This document shows, one piece after another, positions 13,143-26,844 of a DNA stretch of 60,164 bases. Source of the stretch: Trichinella spiralis (Eukaryota); contig NW_003526945.1 in NCBI RefSeq assembly GCF_000181795.1, positions 4,250,667 through 4,310,830 on the forward strand, read 5' to 3'. Positions within the stretch are counted from its first letter, which is position 1. Each line of letters begins with the position of its first letter. The position numbers and the translations under genes were made by a program. The notes beneath the pieces were generated by a model that made no database searches, was not told where the DNA came from, and was given only the letters and a program-made list of their open reading frames with translations.

Positions 13143-16057
13143 TCTATGTTAAAATTTTAACACTATTTATTCCAGTTTTCTTTACACCACTACACGAAGG
13201 GGAAAGTTTTCGATAATGAGAAGAATTAAATAAAAAGTCACATGCTTAGTGAACTTCTCACGATAGACAGTAATAAAATAATGCTACTTATAAAATGTTG
13301 GAATAAGTTCTGCAAAATGTGCCCCCAAAAAGGCATGCAATATTGAAGCTGCTTGAGCGTGAAACAAAGTTCTCCATGGTTACCTGGTTCTCCAATAACA
13401 ACAACAATTAAAATAATCAGTGAATCATACAGTTGGAAAATACTATGTGTTAAATTCATAATTTCAAAACACCAAAATGCTTTAAACTTGATTTTAAAAA
13501 ATGTTATAAATAAACTCGCTACATACATTATCATAAAATTTTCGCTCAATACTAAACAGAAGTTAAAATAATACTGCAAAAATATGAAGTTAAACAACAG
13601 GTTTATTGAGATACTACTTAGACCATTAATGAAATATGGATAAGGTTCAAGCTTGCAAAACCATAAAAATTAAATATAAATGAAAAAGAATTAATACCAC
13701 CAGAAATCTGCAAATCCATTTCAAATTATATTAATTAATTTATATCAAAATGCACAACTGTGACACGATAGAAAATATTATAAATCGCAAATGTTTTCTG
13801 TGCCTGCCACTTAGCACAACAAAACCATACAACGATGAATTAAAAAAAAGTTACAAATTACAAAAAACTTCTAAGCCTACAGTATTCTGAAAAGTAAGAA
13901 TATAGCAAGATTTAAAAAATGCTTAATTGACAAAAAATGTTTTGTTTTTATCAAAAAAATTAATGATATAATTTTTTCATCTATTTTAAATTTATTTAAA
14001 TTTAATATTTAACTGATGTCAATGAGACAGAAATACGTTGAGTGAATGGTATTTGATTAAAGAATCAAATCGAATCAAATCAAGATTTGTTAATGCATTT
14101 TTATCAGATCAAATTATCAGACAATTCATTCCAATAGAAAATCGCTGAAAAAACACTATCTATTATTTATTAATAATTGTAAATAATAACAGTAAACAAA
14201 ATTTGAAAAAAAATTCTAATACATACGCATTAAAAACTTTGATATGAAAGCACTAAAACGTCAAAATCCTTCGGTACTGTAAAACTAAAGCTGCCTCTCT
14301 GACGAGTAGATTTCTCTGTATATGATGTCAGTGTTAGGTGTATATTTTCTACAAAACGTCAACTCAAATTTTGTGTTACTTTCTTGTTGATTTCACTTCA
14401 GTTTGCAAGTTCGTCGGTGAACTGAAAAGAAATAAGCCTTTGTTGAAGTGAATTTTACAGTTGAACCTGAATTTATTAGACAAATGACATGAACAAAAGA
14501 AAAATAAATTAATATTCAAGGAGTGCCCAACGAAGCATACAATGTTTGTTACAGTAATTCTGTAAGAAAGTATCAGAAGTTGAAGGGACGTAAACAAAAA
14601 CAACATGTCGAAGTTACTGATGAAAGCATTCCATACAGAGCACCCACTGTGCCGAAGCAATTCAACCGCATTAAAAGTTGAATTTCAGTATTATAATAAC
14701 AAGAAGAAAACGGAGTACAAATGCGAAACAAAAGTTATATAAGGAATTATTATTGCAATATGCAAATATTGAAACAAAAAAAGAAAATTGTCTAACTCAC
14801 ATTTATTAAATGAGAAGCATGTATGCCGCCCTGTGTTGCCAGTGTATTTCAAACTTCAGATAAACAACAGGAAACGAATAAATAAATGATACTTCTAATA
14901 ATAATAATAAAGAGGGTGAGGCAGTGATTGGTTGATTATGATCCGTCCAAACATGTACATATTTTTACATTGTCCTACTTTCGTCATTCTCATGTTTGGT
15001 GTTTGCTTATGCTTAGGTCAGTTAATCTCTCTCTCTTACGCTGCTGGCGATGATAAGCATTTATTAATTCCCAAATTTCAGGAACTATAATTCTAAAAAT
15101 AGTTTAAATGAATTAGTTATTTGCTACTTTGAAATTCTACTTAGTTATCTGAACAGGAATATTAATGTAGCAAATAAATATTTATATGATAGCGCGTGTA
15201 TTGATGAAATGGGCAAACAGGAATAAATGCAAAGAAAATATGTTTAAAAAGAAACAAATATACATAACAAAAAACAAACAATGATGTTGTTTGTGCATTG
15301 TTTTTTCTCACTGCGGTTTTACGATAAAAAAAATTTTATTCTGCAATCCTCAAACTAGATCGCGATGTCAAAAATTCTAATAACAGTAGATAATCAGGCT
15401 CGAAATGTTGGCATTCTTCTACGTTTATGTTTTCAAATGGAAATGGATAACAAAAATGCAAAACTGGCAAATTGATAGTAAATATTAACACAGCACTGCA
15501 GAAACAGCAAAAGAAATTCCATTTAAAATTTTGATATCAGTAAGAGCTCTGAGAATTGGTGATTTCATCTTCCACGACCAGGTTTAGTCGGCAAGGCTAG
15601 GTGTTGAAAATATTAATAATGAAACAATTATTGACAAGAAGCTGAACAGCACACAAAATATAACATAATGAAATATTAAATTTTAATACTTACTAAGAAA
15701 TGTACAAGTTTATTCTAAATTTGAAATCAATTTTGAATTATAAAAATAGTAGCGCTATCATGAGCAATAATAGCATGCCTTCCAGTTATGAATTTAAAGT
15801 TACGATAAATGATCATAATTATACAGCCAGAATTAGAATTAAAATTGAATATCAGAACCTTTATTTGGCATTTATGTTTCACAGTATATGAAGTGATACA
15901 TTCATTAGTCATATATATATATGGATATTTGATAGATCATAAAATATATTTTTTTGCTGCATAAATTTTCTTTTGACAGATGCCCTTTCAAATAAAAAAA
16001 TTTGTGTAATAAATCATAAATAATAACAGAAACAAGATAAATTTTACAAATGTAAAA

Positions 16058-16201
16058 GCGCGAAAAGTGAAGCGTAAAAGAGAGCTCAATTAAGCAGCGT
16101 ACAAATAAATGCCAGACGTTAATTTGCAAAAGTAGGGCACATAAATAAGGTGCCGTGACGAGAATCAAAGTTGACCAATCAGCAAATGCGATGCGTTTGA
16201 A
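16058..16201 (+). promoter_or_regulatory. Putative cell-cycle promoter cluster: E2F site, CCAAT box and CHR
   Basis: GCGCGAAA at 16058-16065 (reverse complement TTTCGCGC), CCAAT at 16175-16179 and TTTGAA at 16196-16201 preceded by GCG motifs, 450-600 bp upstream of a mitotic kinesin. Confidence 0.4.
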
Positions 16202-16654
16202 ATAAATGGGCCATTTGTTTAAACGTGCAATAAAATTTATTAGAAATAAAAATAAAAAGTAAATTTATTGAATTATATTTTCTGTGTAAAAATTTCAAAT
16301 AATAAATATAACTATTTATAACATTTTTAGAATATGCTTTTTCAAATTTCAAATTTGTGTGTTAAAGTAAGACAAATGAATGCAGGTAAATATAACCCTC
16401 GCGGTAAAATTCACTGCCGCCGGTGCTATGGCACACTTGTTCGCTGTAGTTACTATATCTTTATTGTGAAGCTTCCTTTATGACGATGGAAATGACGATT
16501 CTAACATATACATATTTGAAAATTGAATATTATTGCATTTTTTTATTCTTTTAGATTTTAAGAAATCTGTTGTTTCCGTTTAAAGTTGGGCATCTCGTCG
16601 CTTATTGAACGCGGAAATATTCTTTGAAATAAAAGAGAACAGAAATTTTCACAA

Positions 16655-19243
16655 ATGCTCAAAGTATAAAATTTCAAAGCGTTTTTTAAATCGTGAATAT
16701 TTTTTTTTCAATTTTAGAGGAAACACAGATCCATTTCGAATGATAGATTTACTTCTCCATGGGTATGTTTTCCTTGAAATGCCACTTTGAATTTTTGTCA
16801 CAGAAAACAGTTTCCTCGTGCTGAATAATGTGATGTGTTGGTTGATTTTTTAAATTTTAAATTAGGTGCGCCGTACGCCTCGTTCTGCTGTTAAAAGCAC
16901 GCCGTTCTCAGTTAATCGAAGGAAAGAATTATCCATTACTGCAAACGTCAAGGTACTACTGTTGACAGAAACAGCTCAATGAGGTAAATTATCTTTTTGC
17001 TTTTCTTCAGGTTTGCGTTCGCATACGACCATACGGAGGTTCAGTTGCAACATCTAACGCTATTGTGAATGTCATTGATGATCATATGCTGCTTTTCGAT
17101 CCTCCACCAACTACAGTGAAGCAGACCTATTTTAAAGGGGAAAGCATTCGGTATTTATGAATCAAAGCATAACAGTTATTAGTCAATTCAAAATAGTCTA
17201 CAGTATGAAACGCATTGCAGGAACAAATTGTGAATATTATAGATTGTATATGTTTATTTCTTTTATTAGTAAAATTTATCAATTTTTGTGAATACTTCTA
17301 TCATTAAAGTTATTTTTATTATTTAAGAGATCCAACTTCTCGTAGAGCAAAAAATTTGACATTTTGCTTTGATCGAGTATTTGATATGGATGCTAAAAAC
17401 GAGATCGTCTACAAAGAGACGATGGAACCTATTTTGGAAAAATTTTTGAATGGTCATAATTGTTCAAGTATGTTTTCAGAATTAGATTTCGATGTTAATG
17501 AAATAAAGATGCGTATATATTGTATTTGATGTAGTGTTTGCATATGGCGCCACCGGTTCTGGGAAGACATTTACCATGCTCGGTTCAAGCGCATCACCTG
17601 GAGTGATATTACTTACTCTTGAAGAACTGTATTTTCGTCTCCAGAGTGAAAATAGAGATTACAATTGGGAATTACATGTATCCTACATTGAAATTTACAA
17701 TGAAAAAGTGTATGATTTGTTGCGTCCCAATAAGCCTGTACTTAATCTACGTGAAGGCAAAGAAGTTCTCATATCAGAATTGTCTTATCATACGGTAATG
17801 AAACATGATTACTGTATTCAACTGTCAATAGTAATGCTGTTTTTAGCCGAAAAGTACGGAAGAAATGACGGAAATTTTGATAGAAGGAAACAAGCGTCGT
17901 ACGCAACATCCAACTGACAAAAATCAAGAATCTTCCCGTTCTCATGCTGTATTTCAAGTATGGTTAACTGAGATAATATGCCTTTGCATTATTCTTAAAC
18001 AATAATGAACTGTTTTGAAGGTTACACTAAAACAGACATCAAAAATTCCAGGAATTGTGAAAGAGGTTCTGTTTTCAAAGTTATCGATGATTGATTTAGC
18101 CGGTTCAGAACGCTGCCAGAAAGCTGGTTTGATGTCCGCTCGACAACGGGAAGGTTCTAATATTAACCGATCACTGTTGGCATTAGCCAACTGTATTAGC
18201 GCTCTGTCTGAAGGACGTGTGAGTCTTTTTTTGACTGATCGAATGCATTGATATTATCGTTCAGTTTAATTTATATCAAAGTGTTTTGAATTTTCAGCGC
18301 GGCGCTCATGTTCCATATCGAGATAGCAAGCTTACTCGAATTTTGAAGGATTCCCTTAGCGGAAGATGCTATACAATAATGATTGCTACAGTAAAGTAAG
18401 AGAAAGAAAATGCACTTAACAAAGGAACTGATTAAAGTTTTAAACTTTTAATTATTTTCGCTTGTTCCAATAGTGCAAATTTTCAATCTATTGATGAAAC
18501 ATACAGTACCTTGCAATATGCGAACCGAGCAAAAAATATTCGCACAGACGCGACTAGAAATATTTTAAAAATTGATCGTCAAACTACCGAATACATTAAT
18601 ATAATTAAAGAGCAGAAAAAAATGGTAATGCTGATATATTCCTTGTTCTCGCGTATTTTTTTCTATTTTTTCTACATAGATAGAAGAATTGAAAGCAAAA
18701 AATTTGCAATTAATGCAAGAAGTTGAAATGTGGAAAAACAATAACATTGCAGTGGTAAATTTGGTGTTCACTTTTCAGTTTTGATTAAAGCGTGCAGTGA
18801 TAATATTTAATTTTAGAAAAATGAATTAGACCACAGCTTGCCTCGTTCATTTCAAGAACCCATGAATGATGTGAACGTCACTCCAGCAATTCCACCGAAA
18901 AGTATGAAATATATTACATTATCAATCGTGCGACTTTTCATGTCAACAATTTTCAATGTTTCAATATGTTTTAGAGAGATTGTCGTTGCTTAGAAATGAA
19001 GATGTGAGAATGTCATTGTAAGTATTGTTGAATGATTTCATTCACTGCGTTGTATCATCTACTGTGAAAAACACGGAAATGCATATTATACAGTGAATAT
19101 TTGTCTGGAATGAAGAACTGTTTTTTAGAGAAGAAAAATTCAATTCTGTTGCAACCAATCCTGAAGAAAATTCTAATGGAGCAGATCAACCCTCTAGCAT
19201 TTATGAAATGTATTTGAAGCACAAGGAAAAGCATGGGTTATAA
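16655..19243 (+). CDS. Kinesin-8 family motor (KIF18-like), multi-exon
   Basis: [26 protein letters not shown]-loop [30 protein letters not shown], switch I SSRSHAVF, switch [42 protein letters not shown] and [10 protein letters not shown]. GATGxGKT, LLFDP and LLALANCI are kinesin-8-like. Splice phases are consistent from ATG 16655 to TAA 19243. Confidence 0.9.
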
Positions 19244-21674
19244 TGATTAAATATGCAACTGCGATTTTATAAAGTTGAAAGTCATAATGATCCGTAATTT
19301 TATTCCATTTTCCCCATTTATTTATAACTGTAAAATTATTTCACACTTGTCATTTTCTTTTATTAGGTTTGTTTGTAAATAAATCTCTTCTTTGTACAAT
19401 GCACTGCAAAGTTATAATTGAAATAAATCATTCAATTATTACAAGTACTGCTGTTGTTTGAAATTATAAAAAAACAGATTTCCATAGATGTATCTTTATG
19501 ATTTGTTATGATAGGTCTAGTTACAATAAAAACACGATCAACAATGTTACTTTTATACAAAATTTTTAAATGAGAATGAAGGTGGAGAAAATACAGCGTT
19601 TGCTAACAATATAAGTAATACTGACAAAAGCAATGACTTGCATTGAATACAAGTGTTCACTTCCTAATGAGATGCGGAACATCCTTTTCTCAACAGAAAA
19701 TCTGTTTCATGATTTGTACCATCATTACTTTGCATCAACGAAAAGAACAACCGCTACAAATGCAATACTACAAACGCATCTTTTTTACAGGAAAGTAAAT
19801 GATGCGTTGCTTTAATGTCATAACCAATACCTAGTCCCTGCAGATAATGCAACCTAACATTGGAGCAATACATCAATGTGATTCAAGTTCATGGAACTGA
19901 CCTCAACTTTGTAAGCTGAGCCATCTGTGCACAGTAACTAGAAACAACTAGATCGCGCACAGCGCGCAAGCAAAAATAAAGACATGATATAGGAAAAGGC
20001 TCATACAATAACATAATGTGAGGAACAGGAAAAATTGGTTTGGAATATCATCCTCCGCCCAAATAAAGAGCGGAAGAGCATATATTCAACTGAAGAATGA
20101 ATTCTACCAGACTCACCTAACTGATTCCACTACTCTCAGTTGGCGTTCTTCATGTGAAATCTTCCTCTGAATCTCGGACTTCTGAAGCCAGGATAACGTG
20201 ACTGCTATGGCTGTGTTGGGTCAACAACACTAAGACGATGGTTCCGCTTGGGGCAGTCGCGCGCTCTCACACGGCTGCCTCCCGATGACTGGCATAATTA
20301 ACGTTCGGTAGAGCTACCGTGGGACGTTCTGTGCAGCTGGATAAAATCACGTTGCGTGGCGTTAAACGCTCTTGAAGGGAATTTAGCAAATCAACCATAC
20401 AGTCTGTGTTGTTCTCCACACTGAAGTGACTGCATCTACAAAAACTGATTTCTTCATTTTTTCACATATATTATAATACAATAGCTGCTTGCTTTATTTC
20501 AAAATGTTTCAAAACTGTAGATTGATGTACAAATAAACAGAACCGATAAAACTACAAACTGCAGCATAAGAAGAAATAATTTTATAACTATTAAACAACC
20601 ACTGAAAAGTGACAAAATTACAAATTAATTCCTGTGCCTCAAAATGCATATTATGAATGGATGATACGGATTGTGGACTTGTCTTCCGAAATTATTTTCA
20701 ATAAAAAGTAATTTCTTTTCTCTAAAACACCATTCATCATTCTATTCAAAACAACTAATTTATCCTTCTGATACTGACAAAAAATAACATTATTCACTGT
20801 TTCATATGTATTTTCTGAATTTTTCATTTATCAATACAATGCCGTAAGTCAAAAGAATCAATAACGCTTATAATGAAACTCATATCTAAATTTCCAATTA
20901 TCAATAATTTATCAGTAACATACTGAAACATTAAGGTGAAAAAATTACACTATGTATAATATCGTACGCTTCTTTATTAACTTATTTATTCATCACTTTT
21001 TTATACGGTTTATTTTAAAGTGTTCTTATAAAAATAAAAGAAAATATTTCATACCATTCTGTGGAATGGCTTGGGTAGCGTCCAAATGTCCCCCGCCAGT
21101 TCGTTATATGAATTTGTAAAGTTACCTTCGTTTTCATGTTCCTAAAATTAAATGTCATTACTACATACGTGCGTAAAAATTGAAAACAATTTACCATTTC
21201 TACTTTTCTACTTCAATTTACCATTGCAATTTTAGCTTCTTGTACTTTTTCCAAAAGTTCTTCCCAAATTGCCTTGTAAAAACTCATCCTATGTCAACAA
21301 AACAAATGCATAAACAAATCAAGAATGTATCAAGCAAGCAAGCAAGCAAAATAAATAAATATAGAAAGAAAATATAATTACCGCTTTCTGATTAAATTAA
21401 CCAGTGTTCATCCGTGTTATAGTAACGGTAGTCAGCTGTCTGCACTGAATATATCAGCCTGATAACTGTAATGCAACATCTAGCTGCGTACAGACAAGGC
21501 TGCCATTCCACAGACAGGCCTTAGAGACATGACTGGCATCTTGATCCCTGGATCTTGGCAACGGCATCAGATTCATCCGTTTAAATATGAGCCTAGAAGG
21601 TGCACAGAACAAGCGCAGATTTTTCTTCGTTCAAACTACTGTTCAATAACACTGCTCTTATGTTTTCTGGGAAT

Positions 21675-21866
21675 TCTGCTGTTCGGTTGTGGCGTGAAAC
21701 GGATTATCTGCCGTTCAGTTGTGGCGTGAAATAGAGTATCTGTCATTCGGTTGTGGAGTGAAATGGAGTATCTGCTGTTCGGTTGTGACGTGAGATAGAG
21801 TGTCTGCTGTTCGGTTGTGACGTGGGATAGAGTATCTGCCAATCGGTTGTGGCGTGAAATGGACGT
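21675..21866. repeat. 32-bp minisatellite, 6 copies
   Basis: Consensus TCTGCTGTTCGGTTGTGGCGTGAAATAGAGTA, repeated head-to-tail with substitutions only. Confidence 0.92.
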
Positions 21867-21957
21867 GTAGTTCTTTTTTGTGACAGTGATTACCAAGATG
21901 CAACTTCCAGTACCCAGGTCTAGCAGAATCTATTCTCCAGATGTGCTACTTTCAGTC

Positions 21958-22216
21958 TGTTAAGAATCTACAATTCATGAAGTGTAGGAAATCTTCTAGA
22001 TCGGTAATTATATAGGGGAGAGCTGAGTGACTTAAACAGAAGCTGCTCAACAGTTACTAGCACTTCAAATGTCCTCCCAATCTCCTGATCATATGACGTT
22101 AGTATAGGTGTTGTTTTCTTCAAAGTTCTTTTTGTAAACAAATTACTGCCAATGTTTGGACTTTATACGCCAAATGTTAGTCATACGGAGACGGAGCGCT
22201 TTGCAACATCTTAACA
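21958..22216. mobile_element. Possible solo LTR or MITE-like element (259 bp)
   Basis: Begins TGTTAAGA and ends TCTTAACA (perfect 8-bp inverted termini, TG...CA), with an internal TATATA near 22009. No target-site duplication is evident. Confidence 0.4.
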
Positions 22217-25118
22217 AGAACAAATTCATTACTATGATAACATGTGCAACAATTAATACTTACCTTTGAGCAACAATAGCCAGCGTTTGTTTGTTTTATC
22301 AGTATAGTTGAACTTGGGTGCTCAACCTGCATAAATAATTGAATTACCACCACAGAAATTCGCTATTATGCACAACTGTGGACATCAGAATATGGCATAA
22401 AATGTGAATACAAACTGCATTTTTCTCTCTCCATTGTCTTTTATTTTCATGCTCAGGTCTGTTTATTAACTTTGATATGGCGCTTCTGTTTACGCCATTT
22501 TCTGAACAAACAAATTAACTGTTCATTATCGCCATCGCAGATTTTTCACACAAATTCTTAGTTTGTCCAGATATTCCATAAATCGTAGGTCATACATAGT
22601 GCGCTCTGTTCAGCATTTCAGCATCTGTAGAGCAGGAGTGACACGGAGCCATTAGAATGGGGCTGCCAACCGTACGACCTACTTTAATATAAAATATGAA
22701 ATAAATTTTGATTCTTTAAATGCACATTTAATTACGTTAGTGTTTTTTAACAATATGCCATGAATGTTATTCGGCTTTGTAATAATATTAAATCAAATAT
22801 GTATATAAATAAATATAAATTTTTACGTTAATCAGATCAATTTCATTATATATTATACATAAAAATACCCTTGTGGATATATAATAAAATATATGCGCGC
22901 AACAAATGCCAGACAGAAACCTGCAAGCTTGCGTAACTGTTAAAGAACAAATATTCGCACATTAAAGTTTGGCAACTAAAACGGGTACTTAATAATTAAA
23001 CAATAAAATTTGCGTCTAAAGAAAATTATCATTACAGTATTTTGATTGTGAATAAGGGCGGGCAGAGCAGACGAATAAAACAAATAATCTCTCATCTGCC
23101 TAGATAAATATTAAACAAACTAAATGACAAACATTTAGTATATATTATTTGTTATTAATGATTATTCGGCTTTGCTCTATTAGAAAGAAAGGCATAAGGC
23201 TTTAACTTACGCCCATCGATGAAAAACGTGTAATGTGCGCAGCATTAGCATTAACATTACATTAACGGCTCGCAAATTAAAAAGCACATGATCATGATCA
23301 AGAAGCAGCTAATTTTATATTACATAATAAGAAGAAGATGATGAGAAAAGAACTTAGAACTTATAAACGCATCCATTCGTTCAAAAGCACAAAAATTTTC
23401 CATTTCCAAAAAACATTATAAAATACTGACAACATGCATTATCGTGAAAATGTTCGCTTTCTAATGAAAAAAAGAGAAACTAATGTTCAAAAAAAATAAG
23501 AAACTGAAAAATAAACTGCTCCAAATACCACTCAACACATTAATAATATAAAGATAAAATGCAAGCCTATATGCATTAATACAAGTATGCACATTAAATT
23601 TCATATAAGTGAACAAGTAAAAAAGAATTATTAACAATAATTTCACTCAGCTTACATTATAACAGTCGCTTACTATCAGCGATGACATAATACATAATAC
23701 AACAGACCGCTGCCGTGACATCACTTAAAATCTCTACGTGACACGTCACGCAACAGAACCATATACCAAAGAATTAAAAATGAAGTACAAATTGCATAAC
23801 TACTATACTTACCGTAATGAAAAAAAGAATACAACGAGATTTTAAAATATATAATAAAATTAATGACTATTATTTATATTTTACATTTTAAATTAAAAAA
23901 AATATTTTTTTAAGAACTGAAGATATGTCTAAAAGCCATGTTTGATTAAAACTATATATTGTGTAATTGAATCAATTGAAACTACTTCAAAAAATAATAC
24001 AAGTTAAAAAACATAATAATAAAACTTTTTAAATTAAATTTATGGTAAAAATATTGTTTTATATTATAATATATTTATTAAAACTTTAATGTCCCTCTTA
24101 CTGTAAAAATCATTCTCATGGTAGCGACAGTGTGTTTGGTTTTTTGTGTGATGTTGACTAGTTTGTACGAAATGCTTTATGTACTGATGAAATTTTTATT
24201 ATTTGGTGATGAGTTTTTCTTTTTTTTATGTAATGTATTTATGCGAATGTAATCGCAGTTTGTTTCCGCTTTATTGTAATTTCAACCGCGTGTTATTTAG
24301 GATTTTTAAAATAAGTTCATTTTCGATGCAGATGTAATGTATTTTTCTGCTTTCATTTATCAGGTGCATAATGATTTGAGTTTTGTAATTTTCGTACTTG
24401 GGATATTCTTTATTCCAAAAGGCAGCTTTATTTTTTTCAATTTCATATTTAAATAATTGTACGGTTTTTCCCTTATTATGGAAAATAAATTTTCAGATGA
24501 ACTTGTATGAAGTAGTGTCTGGCATTTGAATAAATCTCAGCTAAATAAATGAAACGATAAAATAATTTTTATACTGTTGTTAGATCGTTTAAAACTGGCG
24601 GAACTGTCGAACCCCAGCAATTCCAGCGTGAAAAATGATTTGCGCATTATATTTCCATATTCAGTTGAATTCAGCTACAAGTTGCAGTTAAGTAAATTCC
24701 GAGATTATGTTGGTAAGTTCGCAGTTTATTTTACTCTTCTGATTAATTGGCAGTTGTTATTTGTTTTATACAGTTGACTAACAGTATGTTTATTTATTCA
24801 CCAGTGCTGGTTTCAGTTGACAATAAATAGTTTGTCATATAGTTTTCGTAATAATACCTTTGGTAAACACGTAATAAGGAAGTGGAAATGATGAAAAAGT
24901 ATCTGAGTAATTTCACGAATGCCACTCTGAACTGTAAAATGTGGATATAATTAAAGTTCTGTGAATAATTTGCTTATTTGTTTACGTTTTACAGATAAGC
25001 TGATATTGAGTATTTGGACACGATTTGCTGCAATTAATACTCTAAATACTGTGATTTATTTACTTACTTGTTCTGCTTTTAGAAATCACTCCAGCAGTTG
25101 CTCAGCTTGGCACGCACA

Positions 25119-25935
25119 ATGGAGAATGCATTGGAAAAGTGAAGAGGTAATAATTTCCTTTTGTGAAGATTTCTTTCTGGTCAATAATACTTATTTTAGA
25201 CTGTTTAAAAATGTTTCTGACATAGCCTTGTTATGGTTGTTGATTGTTTTGCGTTTCTGTTTTGAACAATGGATTCGAATTGAGAATGGAATTTCCTACT
25301 ATTACAATAAATTAAAACGATATTTCATTGAAAAAGTACCTTCATCTTTCAAATTACCTTCCCATTTGGGCTTTGTGTTGATTCACGAAGAGGACAATGA
25401 CACTGACCGGTTGGTGTTGTTGGTGAGCAAATGCGCCATGCTGGGTATTTGTCATGTTACACTTTATCGGATGCGACTTTGGAATTCAACTGAACGGTAC
25501 AAGCTTATTTACCAGGTTAAGAAAAAACTGAATTACTGCACAAAATCAGAATGGCTACTTCAAGATTCGATGGGCAAGTTCACTCTGTACAACGAGAATG
25601 GTCAAAGATTTTGTTGTTCAATATTGGATATTCGTAGTGGTCGATTTTCCATAGTCCAAGCGTTGAAAGAATATTCACACAAGCAAGCATGCTGTGAAGA
25701 AGTGACATTTGACGAAAGGCAATTTGTTGAAACCTTTCTCGATGGTCAGCACTGCCTTGAAGATGTCGACTATTTATTGTTTTTTGGTGGTGTCGTCACG
25801 GTTGCAGGATTTCCTCCTCTGAGTTTGCGGTGGACTGAATTCGGCGCCCTTCCTCCACTGAAAGACGTTCAAGAACGACATCTTTTGGAAAGTTTGCACA
25901 GCTTTGCTTTGAAAGAGCAACGTTTTGGCAAATGA
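25119..25935 (+). CDS. NUS1: Dehydrodolichyl diphosphate synthase complex subunit NUS1/NgBR
   Basis: N-terminal hydrophobic segment, KLPSHLGFVL, GICHVTLY, DYLLFFGG..AGFPP.LRWTEF and the diagnostic C-terminal RxG tail EQRFGK*. Probable short first exon (MENALEK, ATG 25119) spliced to 25200. Confidence 0.88.
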
Positions 25936-26768
25936 TTGATTCAGATGTTGATTTTTGTTCCACTCTTTCAAACATTGTTGGCAGATCCGCTTCGAAATAA
26001 AAAAATTGCTTACTTTTAGTCGATTGATATCAAGCATATTCGTTACTTAACTTGTTTTTAAACGTCATTCTTCACGAATACTGTTCGCCTAAATGACATT
26101 GAAGTGTGAAACGTTTGAAATTAATCTCACTTGCAATTTGAATTTTATTTATTCCATTTGTTACTTGTATGAAGCAAAGAACTGACGTGAAATTTTAATT
26201 TTACACTAATCGCAATAAATGTGGGCAATTCTGATTGACGTACAATTTTGTATAATCATGAAAGTAAACAACTGATATTTTTCGTACAATTCAAATTATT
26301 ACCGCTAATCATACATATAAACTTATGAGCGTTATGCAAATAATGTAAACGACATTGTATTTACAGGAAAAATTACCAGGTTTACTTTGATTTTCGATAG
26401 TTTCACAATTCTGCTGTAATTTGATGTGGGTTAAGAAGACACTGAACTTTTTTGTTTCCAAAGTTCATGTTGTTCCATCCATTTCATCAGTTCCAAAATT
26501 GTTTCCCATAATTTAATAAAATATTAAGGCTGCACCTACAGAGTAATAAATGATAATAATTTTCATAATCAATTTTTAATTAATGAACATAAAAACTCAC
26601 TTGTCAACTAACTTTACCAGAGAAAAGCATTAAAATAGTGAACAAGGAGTAAATACGAATAGGATAGGAAGATATAGGAAGTTTACTCTTATCTTTGTTA
26701 AATAGAATAATACTTGACATACGCATCAATTTATCAGCAGTGGATGCTAACAGAAGATGTAAATATAA

Positions 26769-26772
<4 letters not shown>

Positions 26773-26799
<27 letters not shown>
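26773..26799. repeat. (AT)n microsatellite
   Basis: Read directly from the sequence. Confidence 0.9.
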
Positions 26800-26844
26800 G
26801 CCAGTGATAGATAAAGAGTTTGACAGAGTCTTGCGCAGTACAAA

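Noticed and set aside
13238..16000. Short hydrophobic ORFs between RBBP5 and the kinesin
   Set aside because: No homology or consistent exon chain could be built; typical of AT-rich intergenic or UTR DNA.
22660..22978. GGGCTGCCAAC ... TTTGGCAAC as possible MITE ends
   Set aside because: The inverted match is short and imperfect, and no TSD is present.
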